Below, in pieces: positions 27,501 to 35,780 of a DNA stretch of 44,027 nt. The translations under genes were made by a program, and so were the position numbers. Location: positions 1 through 44,027 of the IMG/VR virus record IMGVR_UViG_3300043432_000246; one strand, 5' to 3'. Position 1 is the stretch's first letter. Every line of letters starts with the position of its first letter. Source of the DNA: a virus (lineage: Duplodnaviria > Caudoviricetes). The notes beneath the pieces were generated by a model, which was given only the letters and a program-made list of their open reading frames with translations, had not been told where the DNA came from and did no database searches.

Positions 27501-27581
27501 ATCCCAGCAGGGGTTGGGATAGCCTCCGGACTTGCACGTTACAGCAAGTCTGGCAAGAAAAATTCTAATTACAAAATGTGA
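21480..27581 (+). CDS. Large polyvalent ejection protein with ADP-ribosyltransferase-like and zincin metallopeptidase-like domains
   Basis: Hydrophobic Gly/Ala region near the N-terminus; YHGTPH.FDEF...GTGQGAQTYGWGLYFA (about 24201); LHESAH...EKFARGFEQYL (about 25251). Confidence 0.8.
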   Translation: MAAETQALTDADFTDASATTSPPVQSQKPLSDSDFSEGGESSVSAPPVPQATTLVADKNVVLSHPADMSHDQVNDAVQTQVYGKSRIDMHQNVPLTPVLFKAFNRVLMGSGINAFTSISPEDAKKILPETGKAAVRGIENIGVGMAGLSKWFGETLGHGTAPDISAEPEWVQNIGKHLSDIGQSAINWLHERQQKGFETPDPEVFRGSFTSNPSYSRLAASVAQGIPALGAAAAVTVATANPIAGAGALGLMGAGEEYSAARESGAGKGQASGVAALSGVGNTLLMSLPIGHFLEGFGRPGIESVIKGGTEFAGISAVMTPFNNIVSKLGGDKSRKLFDGMAESILSGAVSGGILGGFSPGRGAEVDGMIQDAHKAGVSAKDIDGAREVIADQMKKNPESVMGAVDQAKFNQESLGRMKEAGQIVQDNPEMKTGARMVYNNAKRIFENGPRPENISPEEWPSKIDAVAKIWAAAAVKEAKRRGVSPEDVYRSWNLNRVEQGTMPDQAQQAPPSTGQVPPAQAGSSSANEAHLRIFPLTEVSSSESISQHPDFIKMSNDAAAVVEHYAKLRGIDPSNELADSLFREFHDKLGEIMKAQTPEERLAVAERIKAEHPDIENEFSVLRDKLWTDTNQGYFKRSVAEKYGSMRPKKGIEAENVPQRAKAKPIKYDETGLPERRPGSVVSTVTTADGDTVKITHDMILGEAAGLLQDAQNEWQMRKDSDELANIGKIHLSKSEEAKFKDVPWWVRKKFFTKDTIASSIDRVAKANGMDEVDLIDKIVNYDKTISKAPPSKLADYYDEGQRNLEYYYSNYQAESPEVEVEPGIFFQNDLFNTPKENIAQTYERLRQQGLDQGLNPSEAAKWAKDNLPREQKAIAEQKSTQTEFGAGGVQGFGQGRQGEQELFQPAYHGTPHKFDEFSLHKIGTGQGAQTYGWGLYFAGAKDVAEHYREQLAGKFIVTNWKIGDFQVVKNEEYRDYSPKTSSHEDTAKSAIIEDILINQADLEAEFSTGGEKAVKKATLDIIDDKIKTYKEEWPEAVPAAKKFRDSVDRLGVKMTAEKPGHIYTVDIPENHEYLDWDKSINDQSDKSQSVIKQVMQKVGAVYLPKETDPNKLTGADIYQSLIRYFEANPDQQSKSPSEAASRYLSSLGIPGLKYLDQQSRDFIVKISTEKGPYSELHFDNKKSADSYAEEKRKEGFAADVVHGGTSNYVLFDDKLIKITDFYQKNGGKEPKASVKFTPEGAVINLFKKADVTSILHESAHIWLKDMHDFVNSGKADEVYKADWKIMSDWLGIKEGAKSLTEIQQEKFARGFEQYLREGKSPQPGLSEVFARLKEWFTQVYKSAKALRVELTPEVRKFMDNMLNEPIDQTKEAAPPNKYVRNEPFNAQIGKTDRATAADLRKEYVGIKNSQIVRGSQLADEIRRMVPNKADREGMFWYKAANGDQNVLDEALNDPKLEKYHEQIMRAMTLPENARKALEKVDQYYAEAGQVSQETGTIKSVRENYQNRIYNPEPPRDYVKTETKQGLKQGTSHSKQRVFDTEFQAAQAGKTFATTDVADALSIHNEEMARVNTARSMADAMAENGLGAWKKEVPDGWAQVGTLEKRVPIKDKNGEAVIGEDGNQVVSSSKFVAPEGIAKGLSAIADPNFTKKIDALRNLQKYQGLAKTLNLSFSFFHHLSEAAVTLYQGGVGALMNVGKMDQALGSQDFRDIEQDFVKHTGMTSMVDTNMDILRNLVENKQDWFSKLTNKPGLKQVLETAEKGGNFLFGKFQRYIKVMDYGRKMSNWIADNPEATNAEVKAAKVGFAKEINAAYGGLNWEAMGMTKSNISLLRLGLLAPDWTISNGLLLKYALGGGTAGKASRAHLITALVGGMVLTEGINKMLTGHFTDENKEGHKLEIEIAPNVYVSLLRGGIGDISKLYSMLQDSGAKGAFRFAQGKLAPIPRGALSALSGIEYTGRSIYKNHPKHPAIGNTYDFIKAMFLNMSPLPFGASNAIQYLSEKDKSIPAGVGIASGLARYSKSGKKNSNYKM

Positions 27582-27646
27582 AAAGGAGTAAAAATATGAC
27601 GAATTTGCGATACAATTATCCATCTAAAAAATCGGAGGACTCACCA

Positions 27647-29410
27647 ATGAAGAAACTGCTGCTGGCTCTATCTCTTGTAATAGGGATGCAAGCCATCCCG
27701 CACGCAAGTGAAGTTGTTTTGAAATCTTCTTCGGTGGTGAACCGGGTTTTGGTCCCGACCACAAACACCGATTTGGATTTGGCGCTAAACAGTGTTGACT
27801 CGCTTTCAGTGCAAGTAAATTATTCGAGCGCGAACGCTTCAACGGTTTCCTTCACTGACGGGCAGACCTCCACTGGAAGCATTACAATTCTTTCTTTAAC
27901 TGGACTTTCGACCTCCTACGCTACCGACAAAATTACCGTGGCATCAAATGCCGCGGGGATTAAGGCAAGCGCGCATATCACCATTATTTCTACCACGGGA
28001 CTCACCGGACAAAGCTTGACTGTTGTTGAAGGCACCAGCACTTTTGTTTTGACCTCAAGCGCGGGATGGGCAAGCGACGGACTTTCGACAACGAACGCTG
28101 CAAAGAGTTTGGCCGCACTTATAAGCGGTTCACCATATCTTGCTTTTACTGCGACGAACGTAGCGAATGTTATTTATGCCACCGCAACATCAGCCGGTTT
28201 AGCAGCAAACGGTTTTACTCTTACTTCTTCAAGCCCGACGGTTATGAGCGCATCAGCGACGTTTTCAAACGGTCGCGAATACGCGAATTATCATCAATAT
28301 CTCATTGTGGCGACTGACAGCGGTACCGCAATTTTAACTGAAGGTAAGCAATGGTCCCAAATGGACGTGGCCTCGAACACCGCAGTTTCTATTTGCTCTG
28401 CTTTGAATGCGGTTTTCCGAAACGTATTTACCTCTACCACTGGCGCCGGCGGATCGGTTATTTATTCTACTGTCAGTTTTACCGGAAGTTCTCCGAACGC
28501 ATGGACGATCACAAGTTCAACGGCGGCGTTGACTGTAAACACACCAACTTTTACCGGCGGCTGGAACAACGCAACCATTACCATTGGAGGATATTCGCTG
28601 GCCGCAAATCGTGATTTTTCGATTGGGGCCACGACTGCGGCTACCGCCACCAATCTCAAGACTCTTTTAAGTACCGGCGTTTTCGCTAACCTTATCACCG
28701 CTTCGACGAATACCGGGCCCGGCATCATCACCGCCACATCTACTTATGTTGGGGCTTGGAACAATTACAGTCTGGTTTCTTCTACTCCGGCGGCCATATC
28801 TGTTTCAGGCCCGTTCTTTGCTCGGGGCGCCGATTCAGACATCATCTATTCCGCGCGCCAAGTTGACAATTACGCACAGTTCAACCTGTCGTTTATTCAG
28901 CCCAAGTTAAGCACTGCGGCACTCAACTCAATCCAAAAATCCCAGACTTCATGGGGCGAACAGTTGCCGGTGCGGGTGGCGGCTACAGCAGGGACTTTGC
29001 CAACGGGACTCACTGCGACGGTGACGTATTACGCCATCAATTTGACTGGCGGAGGGTTCCAGCTGTCCGATACCAGCACCGGTGCCGCTGCTGGCGTCAC
29101 GGTGACGCTTACCACGTCCTCAATTGCTGGGGGCGGAAGTTTTACCGCAACTCCGATTGTATTGACGGGCGGATCATCGTTCAAGCTCCAATGGTCAAAT
29201 GACGGCACGAACTTCTTTGATCTCTTGATTGCCACAAATCCTTTGGTTCAACCGGTGACAAGCTCGACCACGTTTAATTCGCCTTATGCGGCGACGAGTA
29301 TCATTTGGGACTTAAAAGAAGCCACTTACCGTTTCCTGCGCATGGTGTACACGAAAACGACATGGGGCGGGACCAACTTCAATTGGATTGTAAACGGTAA
29401 AAAGAAGTAA
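27647..29410 (+). CDS. S/T-rich virion appendage-type protein with signal-peptide-like N-terminus
   Basis: GGAGG RBS selects ATG 27647 (MKKLLLALSLVIGMQAIPHA); LPTGLTATVTYY..FQL and LQWSNDGTNF...YRFLRMVY phage structural motifs. Confidence 0.7.
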   Translation: MKKLLLALSLVIGMQAIPHASEVVLKSSSVVNRVLVPTTNTDLDLALNSVDSLSVQVNYSSANASTVSFTDGQTSTGSITILSLTGLSTSYATDKITVASNAAGIKASAHITIISTTGLTGQSLTVVEGTSTFVLTSSAGWASDGLSTTNAAKSLAALISGSPYLAFTATNVANVIYATATSAGLAANGFTLTSSSPTVMSASATFSNGREYANYHQYLIVATDSGTAILTEGKQWSQMDVASNTAVSICSALNAVFRNVFTSTTGAGGSVIYSTVSFTGSSPNAWTITSSTAALTVNTPTFTGGWNNATITIGGYSLAANRDFSIGATTAATATNLKTLLSTGVFANLITASTNTGPGIITATSTYVGAWNNYSLVSSTPAAISVSGPFFARGADSDIIYSARQVDNYAQFNLSFIQPKLSTAALNSIQKSQTSWGEQLPVRVAATAGTLPTGLTATVTYYAINLTGGGFQLSDTSTGAAAGVTVTLTTSSIAGGGSFTATPIVLTGGSSFKLQWSNDGTNFFDLLIATNPLVQPVTSSTTFNSPYAATSIIWDLKEATYRFLRMVYTKTTWGGTNFNWIVNGKKK

Positions 29411-29419
29411 TCGGAGGCT

Positions 29420-30796
29420 GTGGTGCGGCATTGCCTTAAAATCGGCCTGTTGATCCTGGGGTTCTCCGGGTCCGCCTTCGCAATCGGAGGCGGACCAGCT
29501 GGCGTCCCAATCCTTAATTCTGACGCCTATCAGCGCGGATCGCAGATGGTCGTTGACACCGTGACCGTACGCGGGATAATGCAACTCCCCTATGGTGTTA
29601 CTCCCCCGCCTTCCTATCTTTGCTCAGTCTCATCGCATACGGGACGCATCTACATCGCAACCAGCGCAACCGCAGGGAATGCGCGTGTTTATGTTTGCGA
29701 AGGGGTGAATGGTTGGCAGATAAAAAGCAGCACTGCATCGGGGACTGGGGCGCAGGTGGCCGGTTCGAGCGGTACTTTCCAGTACAACAATGGTGCGTCC
29801 GCATTTGCCGGCAGTAATGATTTGGTGTGGACTGGCTCAACCGTTACTGCCACGAATGTACAAATAAGTTCCGTTATGATTACAGCCCAAGCCATTTTTC
29901 AAGGCGTATCATCTACGACGTTTATGAATGTGTCTACATGGTCATTCGCGGATGGCGTGATGGTCGATATGTCGGGGATCAATAATTCAAATTCGGGAGA
30001 AGGATTTTTAATTCCCCAGGGAACGGATTGTTCAGGCGCAACACGCGCAGGACAAATCTGCTACGACACCGACGATATGATTTTCTATGTCGGCACCGGG
30101 TCAGGGCTCATCACGCCCATGAGCAACAACAATGGTGTAGCAACTTTCACTGGTGGAGTTCTTATTTCAAGTCCGACGCGTTTCCTGAACTTCAACTCAA
30201 ATACCTTTTCGGTAACGGCCCCGAATTCTTCATCCGCAGCGGTCACGCTTAATAGTTCCAGCGCTACACTCCAAGGGAATGCTTTTAACGGGCTTTCGCA
30301 ATTGGCGAAAACAGATTCCGCGGGGTATCTCAGCAATATTTCTACCATCGCCGCATCCACTTTCACCTGGAATGGATATGGCATCATGCCAATCCTACGA
30401 ATCATATCGTTCACGCTCAATACGTCATCAAATATCACCACGACTTCTTTCAGCCGAGTTTTGCCAGGATCAATTACACCCAAATCGGCTTCCAGCAAAA
30501 TCATGGTATTCGCCCAGGGGAATTTGGCTTGCAGTGGGTCCGGTGTTTGTTACGCTTCGCTTTACAGAGATGGCACGAATTTAGCCAGCAGCACAGGTGG
30601 ATTTACAACGAATACGGCCGCATCAAATAATAATTCAGCGATGTTTTTTTACGATTCACCGGCCACAACATCGAGTATTGAATACAGTATTCGCACGCGT
30701 GTGAACGGTGGAGGAGTCACAGCAAGTTTGCCGGGGACCGATGGAGGTTCGTTTACAACAACTGCGGTACTTATATTGGTTGAGGTAGCACAATGA
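29420..30796 (+). CDS. Tail-fibre-like protein with signal-peptide-like N-terminus
   Basis: MVRHCLKIGLLILGFSGSAFA; C-terminal ITPKSASSKIMV...DSPATTSSIEY domain typical of phage fibre tips. Confidence 0.7.
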   Translation: MVRHCLKIGLLILGFSGSAFAIGGGPAGVPILNSDAYQRGSQMVVDTVTVRGIMQLPYGVTPPPSYLCSVSSHTGRIYIATSATAGNARVYVCEGVNGWQIKSSTASGTGAQVAGSSGTFQYNNGASAFAGSNDLVWTGSTVTATNVQISSVMITAQAIFQGVSSTTFMNVSTWSFADGVMVDMSGINNSNSGEGFLIPQGTDCSGATRAGQICYDTDDMIFYVGTGSGLITPMSNNNGVATFTGGVLISSPTRFLNFNSNTFSVTAPNSSSAAVTLNSSSATLQGNAFNGLSQLAKTDSAGYLSNISTIAASTFTWNGYGIMPILRIISFTLNTSSNITTTSFSRVLPGSITPKSASSKIMVFAQGNLACSGSGVCYASLYRDGTNLASSTGGFTTNTAASNNNSAMFFYDSPATTSSIEYSIRTRVNGGGVTASLPGTDGGSFTTTAVLILVEVAQ

Positions 30797-33700
30797 AAAA
30801 ATATCTGGCTGGTATAATTATTCTGGCCTTCCCGGTCCTCTGTGGAGCATCAGGAGATGTTGTAATTCGCCAAGGCGGAGGCACGGGAAAAATTGTTGTG
30901 CAATCCGGATCTGTGGCCGCAAGCGGAAGCGGATCCAGCGTGAGTCTTTCCACGACAACTCCCGGCGCAACAAATTTCGTTTTGATTTCAAATGTTGCAT
31001 TGGCAGCGAATACCACGACCTATCTCTCGAGCGCAACCATAACGAAATTGTTTTCAAATGAACTCCAGGTCTATAGCACGGCAACGATTGGCAATGCCAC
31101 ATTAAATTATTCCGTCGGAAACTCAGAACTTCAAAACAACAAGTCTCTTGGTCTTAAGAACCAAAGTCTTTTGCGATTCTACGATCTTGCGACATCGCAC
31201 TATGTTGCGCTTAAAGCCACGAGTACATTGGTCGGTGACACGGTTTATATTCTTCCGATTTCAAGTGGTATCGCAGGTCAAGTATTGACGACCGACGGCG
31301 CGAACAATCTTTATTTTTCTACGCCGTCCAGCGGCGGTGGTATTTCATCGGTGAGTCTTTCTACGATGACCGCCGGAGCGACGAATTACATTTTCAACAC
31401 GAATGTCTATCAACCTGCATCTGCTTTTATTTCAAGTTTGACTGTTCATGGCCAGGTTATTTTTAACAGTTCTGGAACAGGAAGCAATCCTGATCTGAAT
31501 ACTTATTGGGTTTTGACTTCGAGCATTTCAAAGTTATCTATTTTCGACCAGAAATATCTTTACCTTTATGGATATGTACCGAATGATGGAAGTTATGTTA
31601 CCGATGGATCGAGGGCCGCAATAATTATTGCCTCTACTTATCCTTTCAGTTACGGATCGGACAGCGGAACACATGATATACATGACACCGACGCTTATTT
31701 TTATTTGACGCCTGGAAATTCTGGAGGAAGTTTATTTGCTTGGAAAGACAGAGTAATGCAAATGGATGGAACAGGCATTACTCTTGATAATGGCGCAGGT
31801 TATCTTGTCCTTCCACAATTTGATTGCTCAGGAAATGCCAACGGTGGAAAATTGACAACTGATGGAAGCGGTTTCGTTTCATGTGCAGACGACATTTCTG
31901 GCTCAGGCGGAAGCGGAACCACAATCAGCATCGAAGAAGGCGGATCATCCGTTGTTCAAAGTTCTTCAATTACCTTCAATTCTTCTCAATTCAACGTCGC
32001 AAGCTCCGGCGGGAAGGGATCGGTCGTCATTGAGACGAATACGGCGGGCGGACTCATGGCACTTTCGACAGGAACGAATGCGGCGGGTCAACTGGTTCGA
32101 TCAAATTCCAGCAATATCATTCCTGTGCAGGTTTCTTCTTTCGGCGTGGCTTCAATCTTGGCGAACAACATTGCTTCGGTGGGTGGAGTTTCCGGGCTTC
32201 TCTCCGATCAGCAGAAAATAAAGATCAGCACTGGCGGAACACAGGTAGCGATTAGTTCTGCGGCCAATTTCGCCGCCGGGTCAGGGATCGGATTAACGGG
32301 TGCGGCCAACTCCGACGGAAGCGTGACCATCACTTATTCCGCCACGAATGTTTCCTCTACCTCCGCCACAGGAGTCACAGCGGGGAGCTACGGCACAGCC
32401 AACCAAGTCCCAAGCTACACCGTGAACGCTCAAGGGATGCTGACGGCAGCATCGAATGTGGCAATCACGGGTGTCGCATTGGCAACCGCGACGATCGGAA
32501 ATTATGTCGATTCAATCACAGTGACTTCAGCTTTTAATTTGTCAGGAACGAACAACGCATCAAACTCGGCGCCCATATTCGCAATCAATTCAGCATCGGT
32601 AGCCGTTTTGTCGGCTGGGCTTGTTCTTAATTCTCAGGTGGACGGTTCTTCTGTCACGAAGCAAGGAGTTGCGACGGCGGGTTCTGGCATAACAGTTACA
32701 AACGGAGCCGGAACGCATACCATCGCCGCTGTAAAAGTTTCTTCCTTGGCCGCTGTTGTTCCTGCTGGAACCTATGGAAGCGCCACGATTGTTCCAGTCA
32801 TAACCTTCAACGATCAAGGTCAGATCATCGCGGCGGCGAGCGCGACAATAACGGGTGGCGGTGGTGGATCAGGCCGACCAATCGAGTTCTTCAACAATTT
32901 CAATTCTGCTGAATCAAGCCCAACGCTTTCAGTGGGGATGACGAATGCCTTCCGTGGTTCAGTCAGCGGTTCCACTTGGACTTTCGAGGCGAACAGTTCT
33001 TCGATCACTTTGCTGGGGCAAAACCCGCCGGCCGCGAATATCGCCAACGGGTTCCTTGGCTCCGGGGTGGTGGCTTCATCTGTGGCCGTCGCTTCGATCC
33101 AAGACGCGGCGATCGTCGCAGTTGGTGGCGCTAAAATAACAGGCACAATCCCGAACGCCGCCATTGACGGTTCTTCTGTGACGAAGTATGGAGCGAATAT
33201 TCCCGCCGCAGCAATTTCAGCCGGATCGCTTGGATCTTCAGTGATTGCCTCGTCCATCGCCGTCAGTGCTGTACAGGATGCGTCTATAGTTGGGGTAGGT
33301 GGTGCGAAAATAACTGGAACAGGAACGATACCCAATGCGGCAATTGACGGATCAAGCGTCACGAAGTACGGAGCCTCGATTCCAGCGGCCAGTATTGCGG
33401 CAGGCGCACTTGGATCAAGCGTCTTGACCTCGTCTGTCGCTGTCGCCAAGGTCGGCGTGGCCCAAATAAATGCCAGTGGTTCTGCCACATCAAGCACATT
33501 TCTTCGAGGTGACGGCAGCTGGAACTCTCCCGCTGGTTCTGGTGACGCAGTTCTCGCCTCCACCCAAACTTGGAGCGGACAAAATACTTTCACGAGTACC
33601 ACCACGTTCACAAGCTCTGCGGCTGTAAATGGGCCACTTTTTGCAGGATCGACTGGCCCAGGAACGTCAGGAAAGGTTTTGACTTCAAATGGAGTTGGAT

Positions 33701-34233
33701 TGGCGCCTACTTGGCAGACAGCGGCGGCAGGAGGAGGTTCACAAACAAGGCCCTCCTCGTTTACTTATACTTTCAACGCCGAGCAAGCTGGACTTGGGAA
33801 ATATGGACTGACTGCGCCAACCATATCCAACTCAACAAACGAAGCCATGGGATCGCTCCTCTTTGATGAGACTTCAACGATGACCGTGGTTTACAGCACC
33901 GTCCTCAAGAATTATCAAGGAGGTCAACTTGCGGTTGATTTCTTGTACACGTCGTCTGCTACTTCTGGAACAGTCAACTTCGGAGCCTATATTCAGTGTG
34001 ATAGTCCAACCACAGCGGCATTGGATACAGCAAGTTTCGGAACCATCAATTCCACCAGCACGACTACAAATGCAACCATAGGGCGCTTGACCATTGCGAC
34101 AGTGGCTTTAACGAATGGGGATAGTTGTGTTAATGGAAACACTGCAATTCTGAAAGTGGAAAGATCGGCAGGACTCAATGATACCATGGTTGGATATGCG
34201 AAATTGAGGAAGGTTGTTTTTTATGAGCAGTAA
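30793..34233 (+). CDS. Long tail-fibre-like protein (1146 aa) with signal-peptide-like N-terminus
   Basis: MKKYLAGIIILAFPVLCGA; GQVLTTDG, AGSYG....P..TVNAQG, TFLRGDGSW and GKVLTSNG...PTW fibre motifs. Confidence 0.8.
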   Translation: MKKYLAGIIILAFPVLCGASGDVVIRQGGGTGKIVVQSGSVAASGSGSSVSLSTTTPGATNFVLISNVALAANTTTYLSSATITKLFSNELQVYSTATIGNATLNYSVGNSELQNNKSLGLKNQSLLRFYDLATSHYVALKATSTLVGDTVYILPISSGIAGQVLTTDGANNLYFSTPSSGGGISSVSLSTMTAGATNYIFNTNVYQPASAFISSLTVHGQVIFNSSGTGSNPDLNTYWVLTSSISKLSIFDQKYLYLYGYVPNDGSYVTDGSRAAIIIASTYPFSYGSDSGTHDIHDTDAYFYLTPGNSGGSLFAWKDRVMQMDGTGITLDNGAGYLVLPQFDCSGNANGGKLTTDGSGFVSCADDISGSGGSGTTISIEEGGSSVVQSSSITFNSSQFNVASSGGKGSVVIETNTAGGLMALSTGTNAAGQLVRSNSSNIIPVQVSSFGVASILANNIASVGGVSGLLSDQQKIKISTGGTQVAISSAANFAAGSGIGLTGAANSDGSVTITYSATNVSSTSATGVTAGSYGTANQVPSYTVNAQGMLTAASNVAITGVALATATIGNYVDSITVTSAFNLSGTNNASNSAPIFAINSASVAVLSAGLVLNSQVDGSSVTKQGVATAGSGITVTNGAGTHTIAAVKVSSLAAVVPAGTYGSATIVPVITFNDQGQIIAAASATITGGGGGSGRPIEFFNNFNSAESSPTLSVGMTNAFRGSVSGSTWTFEANSSSITLLGQNPPAANIANGFLGSGVVASSVAVASIQDAAIVAVGGAKITGTIPNAAIDGSSVTKYGANIPAAAISAGSLGSSVIASSIAVSAVQDASIVGVGGAKITGTGTIPNAAIDGSSVTKYGASIPAASIAAGALGSSVLTSSVAVAKVGVAQINASGSATSSTFLRGDGSWNSPAGSGDAVLASTQTWSGQNTFTSTTTFTSSAAVNGPLFAGSTGPGTSGKVLTSNGVGLAPTWQTAAAGGGSQTRPSSFTYTFNAEQAGLGKYGLTAPTISNSTNEAMGSLLFDETSTMTVVYSTVLKNYQGGQLAVDFLYTSSATSGTVNFGAYIQCDSPTTAALDTASFGTINSTSTTTNATIGRLTIATVALTNGDSCVNGNTAILKVERSAGLNDTMVGYAKLRKVVFYEQ
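33030..33460 (+). repeat. Degenerate ~60-aa internal repeats in the long fibre
   Basis: LGS.V.ASS.AV..QDA.IV.VGGAKITG..IPNAAIDGSSVTKYGA.IPAA occurs twice plus a partial copy; DGSSVTK also occurs near 32641. Confidence 0.85.
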
Positions 34234-34954
34234 AAAACTTCTTTCTACTCTTGTTTTTTTCATCATGCTCACACCTTCCTATGGTGCGATGAGTTTTGAT
34301 GGGAGCAATGACTACGTTGATGCAGGCACATCCGCCATTTTGGATGTTGATTATGTGACGATTAGCGCGTGGATAAATGCAAGTTCATGGGATTCTGGAA
34401 GCTTTAACTATATTGTCTCAAAAGAAACTGTTGCTTCTCCCTACCATGGATATGAACTCAGAAATTCGTTTGGTTCAATTCAATTCGTTGTTGCGATTGG
34501 GGTAACCGAATACCTTCTTAACTCGACGCTTCCGACAACTGGAGTGTGGCATCATCTTGCTGGCACATATGACGGAGAAACCATGCTTCTTTATGTAGAT
34601 GGAGCGCAAGTAAATAGCAACACGAGCCCAAGTGGAGTCATGCGAAAAGCCAGTGGCCAAAGTCTTTATATCGGCGAAGGACAGGCATATCCAAACCGGC
34701 GTTTTGTTGGACAAATAGATGACGTTCGCATCTACAATCGCGCTCTTTCTGCATCCGAAATACAATCTCTCGCTCTTTCCCGTTCACGTCTTTTAATTAC
34801 CGATGGTCTTGTTGGCTGGTGGAAACTCGATGATGGAATAAACGGAGAAACTGCTGGTGGAGCTACCGCAAGAGATTCCAGCGGAAACGGAAACACCGGA
34901 ACGCCAACGAACGGGCCAATCTGGAAAGCTTCTCAAGTTCTTAATTACCCTTAA
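34223..34954 (+). CDS. LamG/concanavalin-like domain protein with signal-peptide-like N-terminus
   Basis: FDGSNDYV, TISAWI, WHHLAGTYDG...LYVDG, FVGQIDDVRIYNRALS and GLVGWWKLDD; ATG 34223 after GAGG gives MSSKKLLSTLVFFIMLTPSYG. Confidence 0.9.
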   Translation: MSSKKLLSTLVFFIMLTPSYGAMSFDGSNDYVDAGTSAILDVDYVTISAWINASSWDSGSFNYIVSKETVASPYHGYELRNSFGSIQFVVAIGVTEYLLNSTLPTTGVWHHLAGTYDGETMLLYVDGAQVNSNTSPSGVMRKASGQSLYIGEGQAYPNRRFVGQIDDVRIYNRALSASEIQSLALSRSRLLITDGLVGWWKLDDGINGETAGGATARDSSGNGNTGTPTNGPIWKASQVLNYP

Positions 34955-34971
34955 TTTCATAGGAGAAAACA

Positions 34972-35364
34972 ATGATCGTCGTAAAATTTGACCCCAACAC
35001 AAACCAAGTAACAAGTCTTTCGCCAACAGGGGATGCAAAGCCAGACGAAACAACTCTCGTATTTCACGATCAGAACACAAAGTCGGATGTTCTGAACGAT
35101 CTCTTTGTTCTTGCGAAAACGGTTCCCCTGAAATACATGATCGTCGAAAAAGGCGTCCCGCGTGAGATGACTCAAGTTGAGAAGGATGCAGTTGACGCGG
35201 CCATCGCCGCCGTGCAGAAACAAGCAGAAATCGACCGCATCCAATCCCTCGCTATCAGCCCAATCGAGGTTGTCAAAGGGCTCGTTCGGCTCAATATCAT
35301 CCCCGATGAACAGGCTTTCATCGACGAGATAAAGAAATACAGGATGGTCATACCGGATAAATAA
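34972..35364 (+). CDS. Hypothetical protein, possible fibre-associated/assembly protein
   Basis: AGGAG RBS; position after the fibre genes; no signal peptide. Confidence 0.55.
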   Translation: MIVVKFDPNTNQVTSLSPTGDAKPDETTLVFHDQNTKSDVLNDLFVLAKTVPLKYMIVEKGVPREMTQVEKDAVDAAIAAVQKQAEIDRIQSLAISPIEVVKGLVRLNIIPDEQAFIDEIKKYRMVIPDK

Positions 35365-35768
35365 TGGGCGATCTTCTAAAATCAATTCCTTCTTCAACGA
35401 TTAGTTTCCTTGGCCTTGGAATCGTTATTATCGGCGGTCTTATATTTTCATCCTTCGCGCAGGAAATAGGAAAACTTCTTTTCAGGAAATTCATCACTGG
35501 CGGGAAAGAGAAACGTCAGGAACAAAATCCGCATTACAATGGAATTGATCGGAGACTTACTTCAAGCAACAAAGAACTTGAAACAGCTATGGCACATTTG
35601 GTTGAAACCATATCAAGGAAAGAAGAAATTTTGCTTGATTTTGTTTCTACATGGAAAGAATCCCATTTTGAATTAAAGGAAGACGTGTCAGAAATTAAAC
35701 GCAAGCAAGACCATAATTGGAGAAGGGCATGGGAAGAAGGGTTCCCGACTTCACAACAAAATAAATAA
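35364..35768 (+). CDS. Single-TM membrane protein with coiled coil (holin/antiholin candidate)
   Basis: TM segment ISFLGLGIVIIGGLIFSSFA; lysis-region position. Confidence 0.55.
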   Translation: MGDLLKSIPSSTISFLGLGIVIIGGLIFSSFAQEIGKLLFRKFITGGKEKRQEQNPHYNGIDRRLTSSNKELETAMAHLVETISRKEEILLDFVSTWKESHFELKEDVSEIKRKQDHNWRRAWEEGFPTSQQNK

Positions 35769-35780
35769 GGGGGTTACTCT

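Noticed and set aside
27578-27646. Upstream starts for the 610-aa ORF
   Set aside because: ATG 27647 has a well-spaced GGAGG and matches the leader pattern of the next three genes. ATG 27596 also has an AAGGAG upstream and cannot be fully excluded.
32820-33611. 263-aa minus-strand ORF and the other antisense ORFs over structural genes
   Set aside because: Shadow frames of biased + strand genes, with no recognisable motifs.
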